Shown in pieces: positions 28,132 through 36,294 of a stretch of 64,000 nt of DNA (position 1 is its first letter; each line of letters begins with the position of its first letter). Both the position numbers and the translations under genes were made by a program. The notes beneath the pieces are model-generated. The model made no database searches. It saw only the letters and a program-made list of their open reading frames with translations, and was not told where the DNA came from. This DNA comes from a virus (taxonomy: Duplodnaviria; Caudoviricetes), in the IMG/VR virus record IMGVR_UViG_3300010270_000379, positions 11,649 to 75,648 of that record; one strand, given 5' to 3'.

Positions 28132-28535
28132 TATTCACCATCCTTAGATAAATACATATCAATGTACCCTTCATCTTTTCCCCAGGTAGTAACTCGCATC
28201 CAGGAATAACAATCATCATTAATCTTAAAGCGGCATAAATAATATGTTTCGGTCCTGGCCTTCTTCTTTTTATTCCACTGTCCTACCACCTCAGAATAAA
28301 GGAAATAATCTTTTACATTCTCAGCGGCCTTAAAATGTTCTTCCGGTGTAAATCCTCTTACCACTGAATTATTAATTGATTTGATACATCCGATTTTATT
28401 CATAGATTGACGGTTGAATATAAATCGAATTCCGTTTTCCCTTTTTTCAAACAACTTTTTACGTTCATGTCCTACAGCATTACGAAAATTGTTTCTCAAT
28501 CCATCCAGACTTTTCAAATCAATTGTGTTTACCAT
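28131..28535 (-). CDS. LPD3/BECR-like domain protein
   Basis: FNRQSMNKI...S...EHFKAAENVKDYF; start corrected to MVNT. Confidence 0.45.
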   Translation of the reverse strand: MVNTIDLKSLDGLRNNFRNAVGHERKKLFEKRENGIRFIFNRQSMNKIGCIKSINNSVVRGFTPEEHFKAAENVKDYFLYSEVVGQWNKKKKARTETYYLCRFKINDDCYSWMRVTTWGKDEGYIDMYLSKDGE

Positions 28536-28563
28536 ACTTCCCCCTAACTTTTTATGGTTAAAC

Positions 28564-28660
28564 AAAAAAGCAGCCGGCAACAATCCTTAAAAGATATTGC
28601 CGACTGCTCATTACAAACAAATCGTATTTATATTATAAATCACTTTTTGTATAAAATCTA
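28564..28660 (-). promoter_or_regulatory. Late leader L5 (LPD3/MuF/cargo D operon)
   Basis: TAGATT-17-TATAAT; TTGTTTGTAATGAGCAGTCGG...CCGGCTGC followed by T-run. Confidence 0.75.
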
Positions 28661-28668
28661 TTATTAAT

Positions 28669-30384
28669 TTACCAATTTGAACCTGGTTTCTCATATCCAA
28701 ACATCGCATTTACTTGCCGCAAGCTCTTACCCTTTTTAATAACATTAGTCTCACCGTAATTGTTTACGGCATTTTGATTTTTAAGCTCTACCTGGACTAC
28801 TTCTCTTTCTGCATCCGTTTTATTTACGTTTTCGGCAATCTTTTGGACTTCTGGATTATTTACAGTTTTCAAAAGTTCCTGTTTTTTCTTTCTTCTCTGA
28901 GCATAGAAATTATCATTTTTAGCATCTGTTGATACTACGGCTGAATTTGCCAAAGCCCAAGCCCAAAAACTATCCGCATGGCCTTTATCATCTCTACTTG
29001 CATCATAACTAAAATGTTTTCCACCACCTCTATCAATTCTTTTTATACTATGAATCTGCATGTGAAATTCTTTATCATTACTCAGTAAGAATTCTTTCTG
29101 TTCAAGGCCACGTTTTACATCAATTGCTAAAATCTCTTTTGATTCCTGAGTAAACTGAACACCTTCTACACGATCACCTACAACTGCATGTACATCCTCA
29201 TAAATATTATCACCTATTCCGGTTCTATCAATTTTGCCACGGAATACAGGTAATTCTTTATAGGCTTTTATTATCATTTCTTTCTGTTTTTTATAAGTTT
29301 CATTTTTTAATTCAATTCTGGCAAAATCTCTTTTCTTGCCCTCTGCTGTTCTTCCCATTAAAAACAAAACACTTAAATCTTTATGGCGGCCAACATCATA
29401 ACCAAGGAATAAAGTCTTTCCGTGATATTCTGGCCGGTAATTAAGAATAGCTGTATCTAAATCTTTATAAGCCTGAAAATCTATTCCACGGTTATATTCC
29501 CAATATTCTTCATCACTCATTTTTTCGCATAAAGACAAATCAATATCAGATTCCCTCTTTCCAGGTGTGTTTTCATAAATCAAATCAAGTGAAATATAGC
29601 TTTCTGATGAATCAATAAACATACATTCAAACTCTTGTTGAAATGTATCCATATCACTGTTTTGAAAAATCATTTTTAAGATTTTTGTTCCAAAAGTCTC
29701 TACACGTTCTTCTGTAGATAACTCTGGAGCAACTTTTACAGCCGTAGGAACATCTACACAAAGATCACGGCAAAACCACCAAGGAATATTGTATCTTTCA
29801 TAATCGTATGTCTCTTTGTCAGTTAAAATATCATAGAATTGGCCGATTTTACCTAGAGGCGAACTTCCCATTTCAATAGTTCCACCACGAGAAATTACAG
29901 GCAAAGCAGCATCATAGACTAATTTTTGCATCTTAGGATTATAAATAGCAAATTCATCAAGAGAAATATCACCACCTTTACCACGAGGCGGCCTACAAGG
30001 AATAGATATAAGTCTTGATTGAGTAATACCGTTTTTATCCTGGAAACATAACATAGATTTATTATCAGTTATGAGCTTTTTCTTTGCATCACAATCTGGA
30101 ATAGATTCATAGAACTGTTTAGCGTAGGATATTTTCTCTAGTGCATCTTCTTCATTGTAAGAGACAAACTGTTTTGTATATCCTATCCTGGCCGGATCCA
30201 TAGCCTTTATCAGGCCCTTCAAGCTGCAGATAAACGACCAACCTACACGTCTTGACTTTACAATAGCGATAAATCTGGCCATAGATTTTATATATTCATC
30301 TTGCCAAAAGTCTAAGAGTAAGTCTTTCTGTTGAAATTGTATGTAAGTATAGGCATAAAGCAGCCGTTCATCTTTTGAAAACAT
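28669..30384 (-). CDS. terL: Terminase large subunit
   Basis: KSRRVGWS Walker A, LDEFA Walker B, GYDVGR RNase H-like nuclease, HADSFWA. Confidence 0.92.
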   Translation of the reverse strand: MFSKDERLLYAYTYIQFQQKDLLLDFWQDEYIKSMARFIAIVKSRRVGWSFICSLKGLIKAMDPARIGYTKQFVSYNEEDALEKISYAKQFYESIPDCDAKKKLITDNKSMLCFQDKNGITQSRLISIPCRPPRGKGGDISLDEFAIYNPKMQKLVYDAALPVISRGGTIEMGSSPLGKIGQFYDILTDKETYDYERYNIPWWFCRDLCVDVPTAVKVAPELSTEERVETFGTKILKMIFQNSDMDTFQQEFECMFIDSSESYISLDLIYENTPGKRESDIDLSLCEKMSDEEYWEYNRGIDFQAYKDLDTAILNYRPEYHGKTLFLGYDVGRHKDLSVLFLMGRTAEGKKRDFARIELKNETYKKQKEMIIKAYKELPVFRGKIDRTGIGDNIYEDVHAVVGDRVEGVQFTQESKEILAIDVKRGLEQKEFLLSNDKEFHMQIHSIKRIDRGGGKHFSYDASRDDKGHADSFWAWALANSAVVSTDAKNDNFYAQRRKKKQELLKTVNNPEVQKIAENVNKTDAEREVVQVELKNQNAVNNYGETNVIKKGKSLRQVNAMFGYEKPGSNW

Positions 30385-30815
30385 TAATTCTGGCCTCCAA
30401 AAATTTGAACATTCTTTTTAGAATTAAGACAATTTACATATTTTTCAGTATATTCCTTTTGTGTAAGCCATCTTATGTTTTCTACACAATTATCACCTTT
30501 ATTGCCATTTATATGTTCAATTACTGTTTGATATTCAGGTGTATCTAACCAACAAGCTGCAACAAGTCTATGTAATAACCAACTTTCCCCTTTTCTGCCC
30601 CCTAAAAATATTTCAAAATAACCTGTATTAGAAAGTGTTGGTATACATTTTTTTTCTTCATAACATCTTTTTCTTCCGACTTTATCAGTTAATTCAAAAT
30701 AACAAGATGCAACTTCACCATTTTTAAAAACTTTATATTTTCTACCGTTTTTACAAGTATAGATACGATATTCATTTGTGAGATAACGATATTGTAAAAA
30801 AGTTTCCTGTTTCAT
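30384..30815 (-). CDS. NUMOD4/HNH-type homing-endonuclease-like protein
   Basis: LHRLVA...EHINGNKGDNCVENIRW. Confidence 0.75.
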   Translation of the reverse strand: MKQETFLQYRYLTNEYRIYTCKNGRKYKVFKNGEVASCYFELTDKVGRKRCYEEKKCIPTLSNTGYFEIFLGGRKGESWLLHRLVAACWLDTPEYQTVIEHINGNKGDNCVENIRWLTQKEYTEKYVNCLNSKKNVQIFGGQN

Positions 30816-30819
30816 TTTC

Positions 30820-31362
30820 TCAGTCCTTAAATTTCGCTATATCTTCCGGTGTAACACCCATACTAATCATTAATAATGTGCAATAGCCTATAATATCTGC
30901 TACATCATTAATACGCGGCTTTTCATCTGGATTCGACATAACGCGGCCTAATTTATCATCTAGCCGGATAAGAATTGAATTAGTTGAATCACCTTTATAA
31001 AAAATCTTTTTAGGATTAATAGCTGAATCACCGTATTTTTGATTTTTATACAGGAGTAAATCTTTCATACTATCGAGTAAGGCGGCAATTTTTTCTTGTG
31101 TATCAGTATTTGGAGTATGTTTCTCTGCGGCCATAAAAGAATTGTAATCCTGTTCAACTTGCGTAATAACATTTTTATATGGCAATTCTAACTCCCAATG
31201 ATCAAGATAATTTACAAAAAAGATATTAGGTTCCTGACATTCTTTTATAATAATCTTACAGCCTACAATGTTTGGAATATAAATAGTCCTATCTTTTTTA
31301 CAAACTTCATGCTTCATTCCTTTTAATTCTAGCTCTACAGCAACGTCAAAAATAGTTTTCAT
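30820..31362 (-). CDS. DUF1599/Nmad1-like all-alpha NTP pyrophosphatase-like protein
   Basis: KNQKYGDS...IRLDDKLGR...DIIGY. Confidence 0.65.
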   Translation of the reverse strand: MKTIFDVAVELELKGMKHEVCKKDRTIYIPNIVGCKIIIKECQEPNIFFVNYLDHWELELPYKNVITQVEQDYNSFMAAEKHTPNTDTQEKIAALLDSMKDLLLYKNQKYGDSAINPKKIFYKGDSTNSILIRLDDKLGRVMSNPDEKPRINDVADIIGYCTLLMISMGVTPEDIAKFKD

Positions 31363-31544
31363 TTAATAAAATCCTCCGCTTCAATTACAAAAAATACTTT
31401 TCCTTCCGGTGTTTCATAAGGTTTTATTTTACCTACGTCATAAACACCGTCTAAACGTTTTATATAAACCTCACTTTCTGCATATCCATTATGGCCTATC
31501 GTCTGTAGCTCTGTTGTCAAATCTCTTATAGTTTTCTTTCCCAT
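31359..31544 (-). CDS. Hypothetical protein
   Basis: In-operon ORF with overlapping start/stop. Confidence 0.55.
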   Translation of the reverse strand: MGKKTIRDLTTELQTIGHNGYAESEVYIKRLDGVYDVGKIKPYETPEGKVFFVIEAEDFIK

Positions 31545-31548
31545 TTTT

Positions 31549-31797
31549 TTAATCCTCTAGGCCGATTTCTTTTTTGATATATTCAAGCAGCTCTTTTTTA
31601 TCTCTGGCCGCAAAACTTTTTACACTAAACCCTGATTTAATTACAATGTGATTAATATGCTTTTCATCTAAATACTCAGATAAAAGACACATTGTTTCAC
31701 AATCAGTATCAACATCTACTCTGAAAACGTGAAAATCATTTTTGTTTAGAGACTTAATCTCTTTAATCAATTTTAATGTTTGTAGTAGTTTTTTCAT
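31549..31797 (-). CDS. Hypothetical protein
   Basis: In-operon ORF. Confidence 0.55.
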   Translation of the reverse strand: MKKLLQTLKLIKEIKSLNKNDFHVFRVDVDTDCETMCLLSEYLDEKHINHIVIKSGFSVKSFAARDKKELLEYIKKEIGLED

Positions 31798-31960
31798 CTT
31801 TCTTTTCCTCTATGAACCATAAGCGGCCGTAATGATCTGTTTCATCACAATCTCTATCAGGCTCAACTGTTGTATATAAGTCCTTATGTAAACAATAAGG
31901 ACTTCCATCATCTTTCACACACCATGTACACCGGCCACATTTTTCTTTATTGCTGCACAT
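31763..31960 (-). CDS. Cys-rich hypothetical protein
   Basis: CGRCTWC...C. Confidence 0.5.
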   Translation of the reverse strand: MCSNKEKCGRCTWCVKDDGSPYCLHKDLYTTVEPDRDCDETDHYGRLWFIEEKKDEKTTTNIKID

Positions 31961-32183
31961 TTTTCTTTACTTTCCTGTTCAAAAACATTTCCTTCCAAAT
32001 TGGATCTTCCGGTAAATAAATTATTCTTTTGCGCTCATTGGTTATAATGTCACCAAAAAGAAGGAAATATTTAAGTTTTTCAAGTTCAAACTCTGTTTTA
32101 CTTTTACACTTAATCATAAATCCACTCCATTTTTCATAACCAAGGCAATAGATTCTTCTATATCGATAAAAACCTGTTTCCAT
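31947..32183 (-). CDS. Hypothetical protein
   Basis: In-operon ORF. Confidence 0.5.
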   Translation of the reverse strand: METGFYRYRRIYCLGYEKWSGFMIKCKSKTEFELEKLKYFLLFGDIITNERKRIIYLPEDPIWKEMFLNRKVKKNVQQ

Positions 32184-32219
32184 TCTGCAAGACTTTCTTC
32201 TGTCATAGGAATACCGGCA

Positions 32220-32843
32220 TTATTTTTCATTTTTACCCCAATTTCCATTTTTTTTATCTTTCAAATATTCTGTATATGCTGAATAACGTTCTTGTATATC
32301 ATCAGTTAAATAAGCATGAAATTCACAATAGGCCTCAAAATCTTGGAATAAACCGCATGACTTAAATTCAGGGCATCCAAATCTATAAATACAGTTAGGA
32401 ACAAGAACATTTGCTATTTCTGGATATAATTTTTCTAACTCAGTCTTAAAATCTTCTGCAAGTGTACGAGCTTCTTTTGTTGCACAAAAACATAGTCTTT
32501 TCCTCCATGCATCTATAAGATTTTGTACATTTGCAAAACCGTCATAATTAACCGGTGAATCTTGCGGCGCTTTATTTCTGTCATAATTATTCTGGCGATC
32601 ATTTCTTTGTGAAGTAATAAACTTTTCAAATTTATGTCTGCTCCATTCTGTAGCTACCCAAGATTTTATATTTTTCCAAGTCCAATCAATTTCTATAAGT
32701 CTTATAGGAGTATGTTCTGAGATTAAAAGTTTCTTCTTAAAATCTTCTGATGGTTCGTTTTCCGTAAACTCTTTTCCTACGGTTGTCCTACAGTGATTTT
32801 TTACACGTTTCCAATCTGCAGCAATAAAATTAAAAATTGTCAT
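32220..32843 (-). CDS. thyX: Divergent flavin-dependent thymidylate synthase (ThyX-like)
   Basis: SEHTPI, EWSRHK...SQR, VPNCIYR..CPE. Confidence 0.65.
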   Translation of the reverse strand: MTIFNFIAADWKRVKNHCRTTVGKEFTENEPSEDFKKKLLISEHTPIRLIEIDWTWKNIKSWVATEWSRHKFEKFITSQRNDRQNNYDRNKAPQDSPVNYDGFANVQNLIDAWRKRLCFCATKEARTLAEDFKTELEKLYPEIANVLVPNCIYRFGCPEFKSCGLFQDFEAYCEFHAYLTDDIQERYSAYTEYLKDKKNGNWGKNEK

Positions 32844-32853
32844 ATTTCACACC

Positions 32854-33315
32854 TTAATAAACTTTCGTAATAAAAGTTGCAGTATTTTCTAAAATACATT
32901 TCAAATCATCAGAATAACCAAACCGTTTTTGATTAATTTCAATTGATCTAAAAATATCTCCATCTGTATGTCTTTCTGATGCTGCTTTCCAATCACAAAT
33001 CATTTCAATTAAATCAATAAGATTCATACCACTTATGCCATTCTCAAAATGTTCTGGATGGTGTCTATTATTTGCATAATGAATATCCAAACCTTCTTTT
33101 AGTCCGGCAAGAAATTTTTTATATTCTTCACTTCCATAAGTACATTCTTTTAATTTTGGTGTGTATTCATCAAACAATGCTTTTTCCGTTGGATTATCAA
33201 TTTTATCGTGATCATGTTTCAAAGCTCTTATTGATAATTCATCCATAACCTTAGCAATGTAATTTTGTACTTTTACAATATGTTCAAATGTATCTTTCTG
33301 ACTATCGTATTTCAT
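32854..33315 (-). CDS. DUF5662-like HD phosphohydrolase
   Basis: H...V, KHDHDK, HYANNRHHPEH, EMICDW. Confidence 0.7.
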   Translation of the reverse strand: MKYDSQKDTFEHIVKVQNYIAKVMDELSIRALKHDHDKIDNPTEKALFDEYTPKLKECTYGSEEYKKFLAGLKEGLDIHYANNRHHPEHFENGISGMNLIDLIEMICDWKAASERHTDGDIFRSIEINQKRFGYSDDLKCILENTATFITKVY

Positions 33316-33317
33316 AA

Positions 33318-34097
33318 TTATGCTTCCTCGTCTTGATCTTTCATAGTTTCGATAAATTCCCCGGCTGCCTCAGCTTCAACCTGGTTATGTTGAATAATTG
33401 ATATTTTAGCCGTTACTTTATCTTTAATAGCTTCAAGAGTTACAACGGTATCAGTTTTCTTTTCATCGGCCCCTGTAATTTTTGAAGTCAAAAGTTTATG
33501 ATAATTCATAAGGGCCTGACGTGCTGATGCTCTTGTTTCGATTGAATAATGAGCATAGCCATTTTTATCGTAGTCAAATCCGGCTACCATTTTTTTCTGA
33601 CTAGGTGTTAAATCTCTAAGTTGTTTATCATCAATAATGTCAAAACTACCTTTTTCCCCCAGATCAATTAATTTATCCTCTTTGAAGGCTGTTCTATCAC
33701 AATTCAAAACTTCGCGGCAAAATTGAATATCTTCGCGGAAAATATCTTCAATTTCCTGTAAAGACGTTGTATTAAATAAATCATCAACACGTTTTCTAAT
33801 ATGAGGCTGCTGCAAGGCCCATGATCCATATGCTTTCCAATAAGCGCCGGCAAGTTCACCGGATTTATTTACCTTACCGCAAGAAATTGATGTAGGACTT
33901 GTATAAAAAAGAATGAATAATTTTTCTTTTGCTGTAAATTCTTCACCAAAAGAAGCAAGCATTTTATCAAGTCTTTCATCACCATCTGGACCTTCTGGAA
34001 GTCTTAAAATATTTTTAATTTCTTCTCTGGAAGGCTCTGTATTTTTCTGCTTTTTCTTTGTTTTAGTAGGTTGATTTTCAATCTTCTTTCTTGCCAT
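33318..34097 (-). CDS. Terminase small subunit-like protein
   Basis: FTAKEKLFILFY HTH, PHIRKRVDDL, SARQAL...HKLL. Confidence 0.55.
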   Translation of the reverse strand: MARKKIENQPTKTKKKQKNTEPSREEIKNILRLPEGPDGDERLDKMLASFGEEFTAKEKLFILFYTSPTSISCGKVNKSGELAGAYWKAYGSWALQQPHIRKRVDDLFNTTSLQEIEDIFREDIQFCREVLNCDRTAFKEDKLIDLGEKGSFDIIDDKQLRDLTPSQKKMVAGFDYDKNGYAHYSIETRASARQALMNYHKLLTSKITGADEKKTDTVVTLEAIKDKVTAKISIIQHNQVEAEAAGEFIETMKDQDEEA

Positions 34098-34260
34098 TTT
34101 CAACCTCTGCATTTTTAGCACAATTGTGAATTAAATAGCCAAAAGTCACGCGGCCATTTTCCGTAACAAATCTTAATTTTTCAGCATCACAAGCTATAGA
34201 TTCCTGAGAAGTTGTAGCGATGTATTTTATTTCAGCTCCGCAATTTTTACACTTCTGCAT
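34078..34260 (-). CDS. Small Zn-ribbon protein
   Basis: CKNCG...C...H.C. Confidence 0.55.
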   Translation of the reverse strand: MQKCKNCGAEIKYIATTSQESIACDAEKLRFVTENGRVTFGYLIHNCAKNAEVENGKKED

Positions 34261-34553
34261 TATCTGGCCCCCAATTTTTCCTTTAGATTCTGGCCGTTGA
34301 ATGACATACAGTAATTAAGACGTTTTATATTTCCCAGGATTAAATCAAATTCGATGCTGCCGTAAAAATTTGGACTTGTACAAAGCTCCATCAACTTTTT
34401 ATCAAAATCATCATTGTCATTGTTAGATTCTTCTAACCGTGAATTTACTGTTATTGAAACAATATTTGATTTTTCAATTCCGAATTTTAAGTGACCTGTA
34501 AAAGCCTTAGCTTTATACTTTTCAACCTCTGCGTTTATTTCAGCAAACAGCAT
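34260..34553 (-). CDS. Hypothetical protein with internal duplication
   Basis: FTGHLKFGIE / FYGSIEFDLI repeat. Confidence 0.55.
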   Translation of the reverse strand: MLFAEINAEVEKYKAKAFTGHLKFGIEKSNIVSITVNSRLEESNNDNDDFDKKLMELCTSPNFYGSIEFDLILGNIKRLNYCMSFNGQNLKEKLGAR

Positions 34554-34606
34554 CTTTTCCCCTCTTAATTTTTTATTTTAACATACAATTTACTTTTTGT
34601 AAAACT

Positions 34607-34626
34607 TGTATATATATTGTTTACAC
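34607..34626. promoter_or_regulatory. Operator type 3 copy upstream of the terS operon
   Basis: TGTATATATATTGTTTACAC matches 43505, 60418 and 60482. Confidence 0.65.
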
Positions 34627-34629
34627 TGT

Positions 34630-34670
34630 AAATCAAAATAAAACCTAGAATTCGCTCTAGGATTGATTTT
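34630..34670 (-). terminator. Terminator-like hairpin
   Basis: CCTAGA/TCTAGG with TTTT, extended by AAATCAA/TTGATTT. Confidence 0.5.
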
Positions 34671-34739
34671 GAGAGGCCTTTTAACGGTTGGTAATGAAAT
34701 ATCATTCCCAGGACTGTTTCAGGCCGTTTTTAACGAATT

Positions 34740-35102
34740 TCATACTTCTCGAAATTCGTAATCTTTATATAAATACTTAAATAATTTTCGTTTTATTATA
34801 TATGCTTTATTTTGTTTTGTAGCCGGGCTTTTTACATCCTCACAAATCAACCGGCCATTTTCTTTATAAGTAAAATCTGCTATGTAGTACACAGCTCTTT
34901 CTCCAGGTGTTTTAGGAACAAGTACAAATCTCTTTTGTCTTTCCAGATCTGTTATAACTCCGGCCTTTAATAACATGTTTAATTCTAAAAAACGCTCTGA
35001 TTCTTTTTTTGAATCAAATACGATATTTCCAACAACAGTTTTGTTATTACCGTATTTTGGCCTTTTTGTTAAACTTGCATAAGGATTATTAAAGTTATAC
35101 AT
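34740..35102 (-). CDS. DUF1064-like PD-(D/E)XK nuclease
   Basis: KYGNNKT...FDSKKE..R...YIADFTY...EDVK. Confidence 0.8.
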   Translation of the reverse strand: MYNFNNPYASLTKRPKYGNNKTVVGNIVFDSKKESERFLELNMLLKAGVITDLERQKRFVLVPKTPGERAVYYIADFTYKENGRLICEDVKSPATKQNKAYIIKRKLFKYLYKDYEFREV

Positions 35103-35116
35103 TCCTAACACTCCAT

Positions 35117-35179
35117 AAAAGCCGGAAAGTATATTTACCGTAAAAAATTTACGGCATCCAAATTAATACACTTTCCGGC
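35117..35179 (-). terminator. Long branched terminator-like hairpin
   Basis: GCCGGAAAGTGTATT...AATATACTTTCCGGC followed by TTTT, with inner CCGTAAA/TTTACGG stem. Confidence 0.55.
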
Positions 35180-35194
35180 GGCTTAAAGTCATTT

Positions 35195-35542
35195 TCACTC
35201 TGTCTTTTTTTTAGACAAAGCATTTGAAATTACAGGTACAAGAATACCGGCAATCAATGTAACTACCGCAACAATAGCGGCGATCAATTTTGAATAAGAA
35301 TCCTGAGCCATTTCAGCAAAAACAGCAGCCAAACCACTGATAACCATAAGAATTATAGCGGCAAGCAGAAAACCGTTTTTCTTTTCAGATTTATTCCAGG
35401 TTGCAATAATAAGACCACCAAAACCAAAAGCACCAAGACCAATAGCCGGCAAGTCATTAGCTACATCGGTAAAATAACCAAGTGCCAAACTTGCAATCAA
35501 GGCAACAATTGATACGATAGTCAAAATAGTTTTCTTGTTCAT
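35195..35542 (-). CDS. Four-TM membrane protein (holin-like topology)
   Basis: Four hydrophobic segments, basic C-terminal tail, strong RBS. Confidence 0.6.
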   Translation of the reverse strand: MNKKTILTIVSIVALIASLALGYFTDVANDLPAIGLGAFGFGGLIIATWNKSEKKNGFLLAAIILMVISGLAAVFAEMAQDSYSKLIAAIVAVVTLIAGILVPVISNALSKKKTE

Positions 35543-35856
35543 ATTTCCCCTCCTTCCTATGAAGTTTATATTTCAACCGGTTTTATTATGGGTAAGGTAA
35601 TTTTAATTACACGCTATATGAAATAGTCATTTCCCCACTAAAAGCCGGTAAAATTCTAAAAAGTGTCATTACCTGGCATTTAGTACCTTACTCAGCTTTA
35701 ACTCTGGTATCTGTTTCAGCTTTTCATATCATCCAGGCCGCCTGACAAGGCTACCGGTTTTAATTTTAAGAACTTTCAACGAACCTTTTCAAAAAATCTC
35801 GACCGGCCAAGAAGTTTATCTAAATCTATTTTCACTCATACGAGCTACTTACTAGG

Positions 35857-36294
35857 TTAAAATGGAATATCTTCCGGGAATCCCTCACCATCTGCAGCCG
35901 GTGTAGATGCTGTATTATCAGCCGGCTTAAATGTTGGAGCCGTATTACCTGAGCCAACATCTTTTTTTGATAATAATTCTACAGAATCAGCAATTAAAGA
36001 AAGTTTACTGTAATTTTTATCGTCTTTAGTCCAACGATCCTGTTTGATATATCCGGTAACACATACTTTTATTCCTTTTTTCAACAGATTCTTCATGTTA
36101 TCAGCAAGTTTTCCAAAACAAGTAAAATCCAAGTATGAGACTTCATCTATCCATTCATCACCGCTTTTTTTTGAACGGTTCACAGCAATCGAAAAATTCA
36201 ATCTACCGTTATTGTTTGATAAAACAGCATAATCATTATCAGAAATATCTCTTACAACATTTCCAATTTCAACAAAAAAGTTAGTATTAGTCAT
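35857..36294 (-). CDS. ssb: Single-stranded DNA-binding protein
   Basis: OB-fold motifs, VTGYIKQDRW, acidic tail EDIPF. Confidence 0.9.
   Translation of the reverse strand: MTNTNFFVEIGNVVRDISDNDYAVLSNNNGRLNFSIAVNRSKKSGDEWIDEVSYLDFTCFGKLADNMKNLLKKGIKVCVTGYIKQDRWTKDDKNYSKLSLIADSVELLSKKDVGSGNTAPTFKPADNTASTPAADGEGFPEDIPF

Noticed and set aside
28669-30815. Intron or intein in terL, suggested by the adjacent HNH gene
   Set aside because: terL is a continuous 571-aa ORF of normal size without intein motifs; the HNH ORF is free-standing upstream.
35117-35179. An eighth late-leader copy
   Set aside because: It is a long GCCGG-based hairpin with a U-tract, but has no TGTT box and no promoter immediately upstream; kept as a plain terminator.
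34680-35856. Hammerhead-type ribozyme in the structured intergenic gaps
   Set aside because: No CUGANGA...GAAA core with proper stems; only CTGAAACAG was found.
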